Positions 11,693-22,940 of a stretch of DNA of 64,000 bases are shown here, one piece after another. The DNA is from Marsupella aquatica. Taxonomy: Eukaryota > Plantae > Marchantiophyta. The notes beneath the pieces were generated by a model that saw only the letters and a program-made list of their open reading frames with translations, was not told the origin of the DNA and did not search any database. Location of the stretch: NCBI GenBank assembly GCA_973895155.1, contig OZ316891.1:24799899-24863898 (forward strand). Direction: 5' to 3'. Numbering within the stretch: the first letter of the stretch is position 1; each line of letters begins with the position of its first letter. Position numbers and translations under genes: made by a program.

Positions 11693-12483
11693 ATGGAGGT
11701 GAAGGCAATGTGGCAGCGCGGTGCGCCCTACAATTTTTCACCTTCTTTCTCATCAGGGCAGAGCACCATGGCCAGAGTGGAGTCTGTGATCGGTGTCCAA
11801 GACAGGCACACACCCACTGTCTTCGCCGTTTTGGACGTCGTCCCGCAGAAGAGGAAACGAGGTCGGCCGAGGAAGCATCCCATCGTAATGTCGATAGCGT
11901 TACCTGATCATTTCTCCTCGGCTCTTGACAGAGAAGAAGAAACGAGGTTGGCCGAGGAAGCATCCCATCGTAATGTCGATCGCGTTACCTGATAATGAAG
12001 CTCCTCGGCTCTTGGCAGAGAAGAGGAAACGAGGTCGCCCCAGGAAGCATCCTATTGCAATGGCTACCACACTGCCAGACGGTGATGGTGAAGCTCCTCG
12101 TCTGTTGAGATCTCCAGATAATTGCAAGGCTGTTGGTGATGCAAACAGAATGAACGAGACGTTGAAGATGCCCGTAAACGGTGCAGCTAAGTTCCGCGGT
12201 CGTGACAACACAACCAACCACAAGGACTCGCCTAGTGCCCGAGTGTTCGAAATATGCTGATGTTGACTTCGTGTTTGCTAAAGAGTTGCTGAAGAGTTTG
12301 GATGCAGAGATCGCGGACAGCAAGTCAGACTTCCAGAAGCTTATGAGCCTTCATGTAGATGTGCAGGCTAGGCTATCTGAGATGTGTGACAACGTCCAGA
12401 ATCTATGGGTAAAAATGAATGACCTCCTCTCGGCAAGAGCTGAATTGGGGGCGTTCATTGGAGTGAATGTACAAAAAACATGA
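11693..12483 (+). pseudogene. AT-hook (x3) plus C-terminal coiled-coil protein, frameshifted (MULE cargo)
   Basis: KRKRGRPRKHP repeats are encoded by ~85-87-bp tandem units at 11846-12060. Overlapping ORFs 11693-11992, 11925-12260 and 12181-12483. Confidence 0.6.
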
Positions 12484-13310
12484 ATTTCGTGTACACATTT
12501 ACTTGTAGGAAATAGAGGAACGTTGTAGCCTCAAAGTTTTGATACATTTTGGTAGTTACTGAATCGTTCGTCGGTAATGATTTTATGGAGTGTCAAATTA
12601 AACTGGACGATAATAGTAGAAATCCGTCTAATCGGCTGTGTAATCCAGTTCTTATAAAATATTTTGTGCAGATTAGGCAGCTTAGTTATACATTACTGAA
12701 TCTGTCGTGGTAAAGTCGGCGACCCTCGCCGAGAGCATTTTCCTCGGGGCTTGACAAGTAGGAGTAGCAGTCTCTTGACGATGTCTTCTCGGCGAGCATC
12801 GCCAAGGAATGACAATGAATTCATGCTACCTTTTCTTATAAGCTCTCTTATTGGGCAAACATCTTGATCTTCTGGTGGTCGCAACTGATCCCAAGGATTC
12901 TACACTACATCACAATTCTCGTTGATTACTTCTTTCAAGGCTGGCACCACCAGCAGCCTAGTAGTAGTATCTCGATGATGTCTTCTCGGCGAGCATCGCC
13001 GATGAATTACAATATATGGGTTGTAAAATGTTTTTCTAGTAAACATCATGTCGACCTTATGTCGGCGACCTCTTTGACATTCTGGCTATGGTCGCCTAAA
13101 ACTGTACGGACACCGCCTTTATGCTTATTGCTTTGCGTTTCAAGACCGTAAACCCTGAATCAGAGATGTTTGCAAGTTTGCCGAGATCCCCGGGCCAATC
13201 TGAGCACAGTCGCCGACATGGAGGTAAGTGTTAAGCGCGACGAGCAATGACTGATATCAGTGACTGATATCAGTTATCAGTCACTGATAACTGATGATGT
13301 ACCTTTACTC

Positions 13311-15017
13311 GTCCGCTGGGGGATACCTCTGGTCCAAAGACACTTTCTTCGGTTTGGTCAGCGAGGCATTCTAGCCAACGTACTTCATCGGCTGACTCCA
13401 GTCCACTGTCGTACCCGTCTACCTCCCTGATGCTTCTTCAGCGGTCATCCTTGGTATCCCAGGATACCGTGATAGAGGGGGTCCCAAAAGTGAACTCCTT
13501 CTTACCCCAATCCTCTATTACCTTGGCTAGGTATAGCCACGGCCTACCAATCAATAGCCGGAATGACGTAGGATTTACCGGCTTCATTACTACATAGTTA
13601 ATGCTAAAGAAGATACCTCCTATCTCTGTCTTGATGCCGGTTAACACTCCCGTGGGAATGACCTGATATCCATTGGCCATGTTCAACACTCTTCCAGTCA
13701 TCTCCGGTGTTAGACCCCACCCTTTTGCTGTTGAATCAATCATAATACATACCCCTGATCCTCCATCAATGGGTACCCGTAGTAATAATTCTCCTTGAAT
13801 CATTAATGGTAAAGCGGGGGCTCCTTGATCTTCTTCTATCATCAGCACGTCGGATCTGGTCGCTACCTTGGGTAATCTCGGCTTGCTGAGAATTGCCTTT
13901 CTTAACTGCTTCCGGAAGTACGGGCTATTTTTCAATAGCTGACCAACTGTTGCCGAGACTCTAGATTCTAGTACATCTTTAGCCAGGTCATAGGGAACTA
14001 TCGGCTTCTCTAGTGGTGTCTCCATCTTGGATTCGGCCTGTTTTTTCACGCTAGTCCCCACAGCTGTTGGATCCTCCGAAGCAAACAATGCTTTTGCTCG
14101 TTCCACATCCTTGGCTATGGCTTTAGTGTTCTCCAGGGTTTCTAATTCTTGCAGCTGTTCCTTAACACTAGCCGTAATAGAGGGGTAGAACAACTTAGGG
14201 TGATCTCAATTGAAATCGCTGTCCTATGAAGGATTGGGGTCACTGGTGAGCTCATGGCTTACCTGTGTTGCCGGCGCCTTTCCTTCTCCTTCCGTTGATG
14301 TCAACGAAGAGTCAATCTTCTCTTCTTTATCCTTCCCTTTATTTTTGGCTAGCCCATCCCACCTTTCCTTCCTTCTGGTTGATCTAGTAGAGACCTGGTA
14401 GCAATCATGATCCATATCCTCTTCTGAAAATGTTGATAGGGCCTCGGTCTCATCATCAGATGGTCCAAACTCTGCCTCGGCATCCACTTGCCATCCGAGC
14501 TCGATGTGGTTGATTTTAACTCCTCCTGGGGTAGTACCTGGCGGCAAGACCTTGACCGGCAAAAGTTTATGATTTGCGGCCAATCCTGCCAACCAAGTAG
14601 GACATTGTCCTAGCATATGACCTTCCTGTCGGCATCCCATACATAGCTGAGCTGGTTGTCCATCACCCTGTTTGCGTGCATTCGGGCATTCTCTAGAAAA
14701 ATGGCCAGGTTGACCACAATTATAGCATGCCGCAAATCTCTGCACATTTGGCCTAGGAGGTACTGACGGATTCTGAATAATCCGAGGATACATCTCTCCC
14801 GGATTGTTCCTTAATCCTGACCATAGGGATGCAGGTCTGTTGGATAGGTCTCGCGCTCCAGTCTCACTAATGCCAAAAACACTATCAGCGGCATCTCCTA
14901 AAAAGTACTCTACTTCTCCGTGACACGGTCTGATCTCGGCCACATGCCGAACATGATTAGTATTAAGTTTAGGACACGCATCTTTATGGTGCCCGGTTTT
15001 ATAACATAAGGTACACC
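13311..15017 (-). mobile_element. Family-A gypsy internal fragment (gag zinc knuckles to aspartic protease), minus strand
   Basis: Near-identical to 20790-22795 without the MITE. Shows CX2CX4HX4C knuckles and the protease motif PIDGGSG. Confidence 0.9.
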
Positions 15018-18000
15018 TGTGACACGGGTAACGTGTCACTTGACCGAACCCAGGTCGTAGATTAGGACTTATACGGTCATTAGGACTGTAGCCATAGCAT
15101 AGAATAGCACGTATAGCCATCAAGTTGCCATTATGATTAGATTAGGAGTAGGTTAAGATAACTGCATAATTACGAGTTCAGGAAAGGGATTATTACGCAT
15201 GACCGAGGTACGGTGGCGGCAGCGGAGTAAAAATCAGTTAGAAGAATCACGCTTGGACCGAGGTGCCGACTTCAGCTCGTTATCAATGACCAAACGGCCT
15301 GACCTTCTCACGCTCGGGCTCGTCCTGGCACCCCCATAAGAGAGGAGCCGATGGCACTGTGGGCCATTCGCTCATATTTACCTTTTTGGAATTTGCGGAC
15401 GCTGCCATCCACTCGCCTTCTTGATTGAATCCAGTCGACCTTTACGAGGAGATTATCAAGGGAGAAGAGCGGAATGTGGCGAGATTTAGTCAGGACGAGC
15501 GAGGCCTCCGCGAAAGAGGACCAGCCAGGTGGGAACGTGAACGCAACGAACCGGACTACGAGGTTAGTATGACCCTCACAGCCTTGGGATTTTGGACCTT
15601 GTTTGGTGAGGTAGGTGCTAAGTTCTCCGAGACTTACTGGTACTCTTGCCCCGAGAAAGCCGCTTACAAACGAAGGTACGCGAAGCTGGTAACCAAGGTA
15701 GCACTGGTTAATTGCGAAAGGACAGCCATCACCAGGGATTCTAGCTACAACGAGCTGCGAGACTACATCACCGAACTATATCTCAGCAAGGAAGGGCTTA
15801 GATCAGTAGCAGAGGCGATTCTTGAGGTTCCAGCTAAGTTCTTTAAGCTGAAGGGCAACCAGCGGCTTACTCAAGCGGAGTTCGACAAGATTCCGGGGTA
15901 CCTAGACCAGCAGATCGCAGCCGAACAGCGCCAAGAAGACATCAGCAGACAACGGGAAGCGGCGCATAATCTCACGTTTCTCGGGGAAAGCTCCAACGCC
16001 TTCAACTGGGATATGGCTACCCCAGTGCCTCAACCGATGACCACTGGACTACCGCCAAACCAGTCCCAAGTCCGTCCAGTAATCAACACGGAGTGTTCTT
16101 CGGGTTCCGAGCGAACTAGTCTGCAACTCGAACAGCATCCTCGTAAGCGGCCAAGGACTACGACGGCCCCCGAGCCAACAACACGGGCCGACGCCGCACC
16201 TGCACCTGCCCCGGCAAACCCCCCGACCAACCAGACCCGACGGCCCCCGGATAACCCGAAGTCCAACTTATTACAGATAATCCGCGTCCCCGAGGTAGTC
16301 TGGATTGCGATCAAGAAACTCGAACATGCGGACTATCTCAAGGAGCATCAGTTGGAGCGGTTTGCCCACTTGCTATGGAGGCCGTGCGCCGCCGGGCCGA
16401 AGGAGATTTGTGAGTTCATCTCCAATTTCAACACTGATGCGTCGACCACCAAGGTTTCAGGGCAGGTCTTATCACTCACAGAGCATCGGTTAACGCAAAT
16501 TTTCTGCCTACCAACCGGGCCGGTGCCGGTGGAAATCCGAATTTGGGATAAGGAGTATACGCCGCGGCACTTCAAACCCGAGGGTAAGACGGACAACGGA
16601 TACAAGCAGGGGGCGTGCACCAACTTAACCTGTATGGAGCGGCTTAACTTCATACGGACTACCCTACACATGATTGAGCCACGATCCGAGATTTCCCTCT
16701 GCATGATCGTGCAGGTGGAACAGTACAAACGACGAAATTGGGCCCAATTCTTCTACCGAAGATTCTCGGGGGAGCTGAAGCGGGCTCAAGGTGGTATGGC
16801 TATTGGAGGGAAGACTTACTTGGGAAGTCATATCGCCATTATCCTCGCCTGGTACAAGGCACGGCGGCAGGCCAGAGGAAAGAATATGGCCACCTCAGCC
16901 CCGGGTAATGTCACCCCCGGCCCAAAGGAGGCAACCCCGACTACGCGGACTACCGTCCCTCGGGCAAACCCCAAGCCGGAAGCCCCGACTAATACTCCGC
17001 AACCGCCCCCTGTGGAAATTCCACTGCCTCCTTCCATTGAGCCTCCGCTACCTGCAGTACAACCACCCCCAATCCCTCCACCACCTGAAGAAACCTTCCC
17101 CTCCCCAGCGCTGACTACGGAGGAGCTCATTGCCCCTGCCGAGGAACCACCGGTACCCGAGAGGATGGAGGACTACCAAGTAGCCCCGGGGACCATGGCC
17201 TATGACCTGGTCCACAAGTTTAGCCAGACTATGTCTGGGGAGCTGGCGACATACATCGGACAACAAGTCTCGACGTACTTTCAGCCAGCCTTCTTCATGT
17301 TAGAGCACCAACCACGGATCGTCAGCCGCTTGGAAGAAGAACTCATGGCGAAGGGGAATGAGATCGGGCGTCTCCAGATGCTGGTAGAGCACCTCGAGGA
17401 GGAGGCAACGACCCGCCGCGAGGATTTAGTCCGCACTGTCGAACAGAGGGACGGACTAACCCAGGAGTTAAGCGGAGCGCAGGCCGAACTCAAGAAGCTG
17501 GACGACACCGTGCTTCAATTACGCTTAGAATCTTCGGCTCGGGTTACCAGCCTGACCAACCTCAACAAACAATTCCTACAGGCAGCACAGCAGGTGGCTG
17601 GTCTCTCCGCCGAACAAGATAAATTGCTAGCACAGGACCAGGTCCATCGCGACGCCATCGACCAGCTCAACTTGGAGGTGGCGCGGCTCCAGACTGAAGC
17701 CGATGAAGCTGCAAACGAGGCGGAGGAAGCAGTACGGGACAACAAGGCTTTGCAGGACCGCGTCACCCTGCTCGTCCTCCAGCGGGGAAAACCTGGGGCC
17801 ACCTCTGATCAAGGCGGCTCGAGGTCTCGCCCCGACAAGGGGACCAGCCCTGGTCCAACCACTGCACACACGTAAGGGGTGGTTAGCGAAGGGTAGAAGC
17901 AGGCGCCGCGCGAGGCGGTTAAGTCAGCGGCATCTTTTGGTTAGGCGTAACGACAGAATGACTGTCATTAGGCACCGATTAGCGGCAGTAGGAAGAATTA

Positions 18001-18131
18001 GGGCCGGTCAGTTAGGATCAGCCAACGTAGGATGGAGTCCATCAACGGACTAGAGTTTGTCAGTAGGCTTGGCCGCTGCCATTCCGGTTGGCACACTCGT
18101 AGTCGACGGTCAACCGGTCAGTGCAGCGCGA
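15018..18131 (+). mobile_element. Family-B putative LTR (5' part), inserted in family-A gag; right end lost by deletion
   Basis: Starts TGTGACACGGG precisely at the gag breakpoint, contains an 816-aa ORF, and fuses without a CA terminus to a family-A LTR fragment. Confidence 0.6.
15425..17875 (+). CDS. LTR-borne accessory protein (plant-transposon/Athila-ORF-like domain, Pro-rich linker, coiled coil)
   Basis: 816-aa open frame. The core LERFAHLLW..EFISNF..TKVSG..LT..IFCLPTG..NGY..CT..LNFIR..NW aligns with the family-A ORF. Confidence 0.7.
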   Translation: MNPVDLYEEIIKGEERNVARFSQDERGLRERGPARWERERNEPDYEVSMTLTALGFWTLFGEVGAKFSETYWYSCPEKAAYKRRYAKLVTKVALVNCERTAITRDSSYNELRDYITELYLSKEGLRSVAEAILEVPAKFFKLKGNQRLTQAEFDKIPGYLDQQIAAEQRQEDISRQREAAHNLTFLGESSNAFNWDMATPVPQPMTTGLPPNQSQVRPVINTECSSGSERTSLQLEQHPRKRPRTTTAPEPTTRADAAPAPAPANPPTNQTRRPPDNPKSNLLQIIRVPEVVWIAIKKLEHADYLKEHQLERFAHLLWRPCAAGPKEICEFISNFNTDASTTKVSGQVLSLTEHRLTQIFCLPTGPVPVEIRIWDKEYTPRHFKPEGKTDNGYKQGACTNLTCMERLNFIRTTLHMIEPRSEISLCMIVQVEQYKRRNWAQFFYRRFSGELKRAQGGMAIGGKTYLGSHIAIILAWYKARRQARGKNMATSAPGNVTPGPKEATPTTRTTVPRANPKPEAPTNTPQPPPVEIPLPPSIEPPLPAVQPPPIPPPPEETFPSPALTTEELIAPAEEPPVPERMEDYQVAPGTMAYDLVHKFSQTMSGELATYIGQQVSTYFQPAFFMLEHQPRIVSRLEEELMAKGNEIGRLQMLVEHLEEEATTRREDLVRTVEQRDGLTQELSGAQAELKKLDDTVLQLRLESSARVTSLTNLNKQFLQAAQQVAGLSAEQDKLLAQDQVHRDAIDQLNLEVARLQTEADEAANEAEEAVRDNKALQDRVTLLVLQRGKPGATSDQGGSRSRPDKGTSPGPTTAHT

Positions 18132-18871
18132 CCTTCCTCTTCATTTCGGCTGCCGTGGAGGTTTCTCCTAGCACCGTTGCCTGGGTCCACCTTTCCGTGC
18201 TACCCTTCAATTCCCAGTGTATGTCGTTGCAGTTCTTGATGGCCTCTCGAATGCCGTTGATTCTGTCTTCGCAAAACAGAAGATCATCGAGCTGATTGGA
18301 AGTAGGAGTCCACAAGAACTCGGCCTTGATGAGTTCGCCTCCTAAGAAAGCCGTTTTGTGCAGCTCCCACAATCGAGTGAGCTCCTGTCGTTCTCGAGCT
18401 GCCCTTTCTGATTCTTTGTCCTCATAAGTGTTGATGTACTCAGTTGCCCGTTCGAACAAGCATCCCCAAAAATGTGTCGCTTGATTGACGTTGCTCATAC
18501 CCTCCTTAGGTCGATCGTCGGTATCTACTCTCTCCCCGAGTGCTTGCCTAAGCAACTGATAGTAGTTGGCCTCCCGTAGTCGTCTGCCTAGTTCGTGCTC
18601 GCAAATGAGCCACCATCTCCTGCAAGCGCTCCTTACCCCTCTCCTCTTCCAGTCCTTCCTCCTGTTGATCCTTCCTAGACACCGACGCTTAGCGCGCCCT
18701 AATCCTAATCGAGTTTTCACCCCCAGCGTCCTTACCTCCGGCCTCGGCCTGGGTTCCATAGTCGCCCCTAATTGTTTATATTTTCCTTGTTTTGTCCCTA
18801 TACTAAGGTGTTTCCAGGGTGCATTCCTGCTTTACCTTAACTGGCCGAGTGATTCCTGGCTAGGCATCACA
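18132..18871 (-). mobile_element. 5' end of a minus-strand family-A LTR, inserted into the 5' LTR of the plus-strand copy
   Basis: The minus strand begins TGTGATGCCTAGCCAGGAATC at 18871 and encodes the N-terminus of the LTR ORF. Confidence 0.9.
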
Positions 18872-19669
18872 AGGAGGCGGCCCTGACACTTAGCTTAGTG
18901 GGATTGCGGTTCCACTGGTAAGAGCAACACTTGTACTCCTGCCTCGCTGTACATAGGTAGATTCAGTTAGGTAGATTAGGCTTACGCTGCAAGGAATTAG
19001 GCGGATCCACTACCAGGATAAATACCTGGGCTGCGGGGAGCTTAGGGCCTCTTCTTTAGCAAGTTTTTAGTTTGCACCAGCCGGGCTGGGATCAAGTAGT
19101 AAGAGAAGCTCTCGGTTAGTCATATAGTGACCTTGTGTATATTCATGTTTCCTCATGCCTAAGAGCTGAATAGAGTTGGCCTCACGGCTTAGTTCACAGA
19201 GCTTGTGTATGAGATGTACTGTTTGTATGGCAAGTGCATGGTATGACTCAATCAGAAGGAGTCATTTTACTATTTGTGTGTCGCATTAACTTGTGTGAAG
19301 AGTGCCCACATCAACTAATAGATGAAGGAAAGTAAGCAAGGGAGTGAGAGTTGGATGTGTCGAGCTGAGAGAGGTCTTAGCGGCTTAACCAAGCCTATTG
19401 GGGATCATTCCAGCGGCGGAATCCAAATATACCTAACCAGAAGGAGAGGAAGACAAGGGAAGGCCTAGATTAGGCCGGCTACATATCTCATGACCCGATG
19501 AAGGGTCTGTCCAGTATATGTGTGTAAAATGTTAATAGTAGTAGTACAAGGAAGTTAGCAGCGTCCCATGCCGCTAAGCCGCAAAAATGGCCTCCCCAAG
19601 CGCAAAACCTGTGGGAATCGGCTTGTGCTAGGGGTTTCTTGGGTTTAGGGAGCCATGGGACGCACCACA
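18872..19669 (+). mobile_element. 3' portion of the 5' LTR of the plus-strand family-A element
   Basis: Nearly identical to 30108-30920; ends GGACGCACCACA immediately before the PBS. Confidence 0.92.
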
Positions 19670-19673
19670 TTTT

Positions 19674-19690
19674 TGGCGCTAGATGGAGGG
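19674..19690 (+). other. Primer-binding site, tRNA-Asn type
   Basis: CA|TTTTTGGCGCTAGATGGAGGG matches the complement of the plant tRNA-Asn 3' end (CCCTCCTTCTAGCGCCA) with one mismatch. Confidence 0.8.
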
Positions 19691-22224
19691 AGCATTTCTT
19701 AAGCCGTGAGATATGAAGTTAGGAAAGAAGCGTAGGTAATGACTGAACCTACGCCAAGGGAGGAAAGAGTGATTCAACGAGAGAGAGCTCGTCTGCAGCA
19801 GCTCGCCGGGTGGCATGATACACAGTGACTGAGAGGGGCAGAAAGAGCTGGTAGCTCCAAAGCTGGAAGTGGCGTCAAAGAAGAGATACCAGAAGAAGAG
19901 TCGGTAGGAAGACACGAGTACCCAACCAACATGGGGGAACCAGAGGCACGGCCAGACGAGAGGCCAGGGACCAGACTGAGCCAACGGTCGCGCATACATT
20001 ACAAGGCATTTCATGGGAGAGGAGATGAGGATCCGGACGAATGGTTGGATGATTTCGAAGGAACCGCTGCAGCAAATGGAGAATCGGTCATCAAGATGCA
20101 GATTCTTCTCAGCCTGTTCAAGGGTGAGGCTAGGCCTTGGTACAGAGCATTGGATGTGGAAGATCAAGCCATCTAGGATATCTTCAAAAAACTATTTGTT
20201 AAGGAGTTTCGACCCATTGGAACCTCAGAACTAGCAGTGCTGAAGTTGGGGTGACTTAGGTTCAAGGAGAACAAATCCTTCAGGAAGTTCTTGCAACGCT
20301 TCCAGAAACTGGTAAGACGTACAAAGACCAATGCATCTAAAGGTATGCAACTTCAATGATTGGTGAATGCTTTGCCACAGAAGATGAGTTTTGCAATAAG
20401 GAAGGAGAACCCAGAGACTTTAGCCGAGGCAATTAAAGACATTCAGTTATACATTAATGCAGATATCACAAGCCGGAAGAAACAGCTTAAGTCTGAGAGT
20501 TCCTCATCGGAGGAAGGATCACCCCATAAGAAAAAGGATAAGAAAAAGAAACACTCTAAGAAGTCAAGAAGTGATAACTCAAGCTCGGATAGTGGAGGTA
20601 GCAAGAGTGAGTCATCTTCTAGTTCTGAAGAAGAAAAAACTAGGAAAAGGAAGGGCAGAAGAAGAGGGAAGACGAAAGTCAATCTGGAGGCTAAACCACC
20701 AGATAACATCGTAGCCCTTACCGAGCAGCTTAAAGCTATAATAGCAGAGGTGAAGCTGAAGAAGAAGGTAGTGCAGGAGGATAGCTCTGTATGGTGTGCC
20801 TTATGTTATAAAACCGGACACCATAAAGATGCATGTCCTAAGCTCAACACTAGTCATGTTCGGCATGTGGCTGAAGTCAGATCGAGTCAGGGAGAAGTAG
20901 AGTACTTTCTAGGAGATGCCGCTGATAGTGTTTTCGGCATCAGTGAGACTGGAGCACAAGATCTATCCAACCGACCTACATCTCTCTGGTCAGGATTAAA
21001 GAACAATCCAGGAGAGATGTATCCTCGGATTATTCAGAATCCGTCAGTACCTCCTAGGCCGAATGTGCAAAGATTTGCGGCATGCTATAATTGTGGTCAA
21101 CCTGGCCATTTTGCTAGAGAATGCCCGAATGCACGTAAACAAGGTGACGGACAGCCAGCTCAGCTATGTATGGGATGCCGACAGGAGGGTCACATGCTAG
21201 GACAATGTCCTACTTGGTTGGCAGGATTGGCCGCAAATCATAAACTTTTGCCGGTCAAGGTCTTGCCGCCAGGTACTACCCCAGGAGGAGTTCAAATCAA
21301 CCACATCGAGCTCGGATGGCAAGTGGATGCCGAGGCAGAGTTTGGACCATCTGATGATGAGACCGAGGCCCTATCAACATTTTCAGAAGAGGATGTGGAT
21401 CATGATTGCTACCGGATCTCTACTCGATCAACTAGAAGGAAGGAAAGGTGGGATGGGTTGGCCAAAAATAAGGGGAAGGTTCAGGAAGAAAAGATCGACT
21501 CTTTGTCAACATCAACGGAAGGAGAAGGAAGGGAACCGTCAACACAGGTAAGCCATGAACCCACCAGTGAGCCCAATCCTTCATAGGACAGTGACTTCAA
21601 TCGAGATCACCCAAAGTTGTTCTACCCATCTATCACGGCTAGTGTTAAGGAACAACTGCGAGAGTTAGAAAACCTGGAGAATACCAAAGCCATAGCCAAG
21701 GATATAAAACGAGCAAAAGCATTGTTTGCTTTGGAAGATCCAACGGCTGTGGGGACTAGCGTGAAAAAACAGGCCGAATCCAAGATGGAGACACCACTAG
21801 AGAAGCCGATAGTTCCCTATGACCTGGCTAAAGATGTACTAGAATCTAGAGTCTCGGCAACAGTATGTCAACTATTGAAAAATAGCCCGTACTTCCAGAA
21901 GCAGTTAAGAAAGGCAATCCTCGGCAAGCCAAGATTACCCAAGGTAGCGACCAGATCCGACGTACTAATGATAGAAGAAGATCAAGGAGCCCCAGCATTA
22001 CCATTAATAATTCAAGGAGAATTATTACTACGGGTACCCATCGATGGAGGATCAGGGGTATGTATTATGATTGATTCAACAGCAAAAGGGTGGGGTCGAA
22101 CACCAGAGATGACTGGAAGAGTGTTGAACATGGCCAATGGATATCAAGTCATTCCCATAGGAGTGTTAACCGGCATCAAGACAGAGATAGGAGGTATCTT
22201 CTTTAGCATTAACTATGTAGTAAT

Positions 22225-22509
22225 CAATAGTTTCACTAATTTTGGAGTATTATTAACGATTTGGAAATTTCATAACAACTTTTTGGAAATTTAAATCAAC
22301 TAAATTGTAGATAAATATGAGACTTATCAATATCATATTTGAAATTTTTTGATCAAGATATATGAAGCTTAACAAGCTACTCCTAATAAATCTATGCATA
22401 ACATACAATGTACTCTAGAACTCAAGTTATAGGGAAAAGAATAATTGTTGTTGGAAATTTCATGATCAAAAATTGGACAAAAGAATGTCCAGAGTTCGTG
22501 AAATCACTA
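22225..22509. mobile_element. hAT-type MITE (285 bp) inserted in the protease region
   Basis: Absent from the paralogous copy near 13590. Imperfect 22-bp TIRs (CAATAGTTTCACTAATTTTGGA / TAGTGATTTCACGAACTCTGGA) and an 8-bp TSD GTAGTAAT/ATAGTAAT. Confidence 0.8.
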
Positions 22510-22925
22510 ATAGTAATGAAGCCGGTAAATCCTACGTCATTCCGGCTATTGATTGGTAGGCCATGGCTATACCTAGCCAAGGTAATAGAGGATTGGGGTA
22601 AGAAGGAGTTCACTTTTGGGACCCCCTCTATCACGGTATCCTGGGATACCAAGGATGACCGCAGAAGAAGCATCAGGGAGGTAGACGGGTACGACAGTGG
22701 ACTGGAATCAGCCGATGAGGTACGATGGTTAGAATGCCTCGCTGACCAAACCGAAGAAAGTGTCTTTGGACCAGAGGTATCCCCCAGCGGACTATGGCAA
22801 GAACCTATGGAGAGTGACTTGGATGATTGTGAAGATGAAACCGAGGACTGCTTTGCCATAGAGTCCACCTTTTTAGCTTCAATCCCGGAGGAAGCACAAG
22901 AAGTAAGCCAGTTGGATGAAATGGC

Positions 22926-22940
22926 TAAGTGGGGAGCTAT
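22926..22940 (+). other. Internal (central) copy of the polypurine tract
   Basis: TAAGTGGGGAGCTAT is 15/15 identical to 26173-26187. Confidence 0.6.

Larger units (their letters stand above)
3702..13310. mobile_element. Large Mutator-like (MULE) DNA transposon with cargo genes; left part interrupted
   Basis: Contains a MULE DDE plus SWIM transposase and a GGCGACCCTCGCC motif dispersed throughout. The right terminus ...GATGTACCTTTACTC (minus strand GAGTAAAGGTAC..., a MULE-like G-start) abuts gypsy pol sequence at 13311. Confidence 0.7.
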
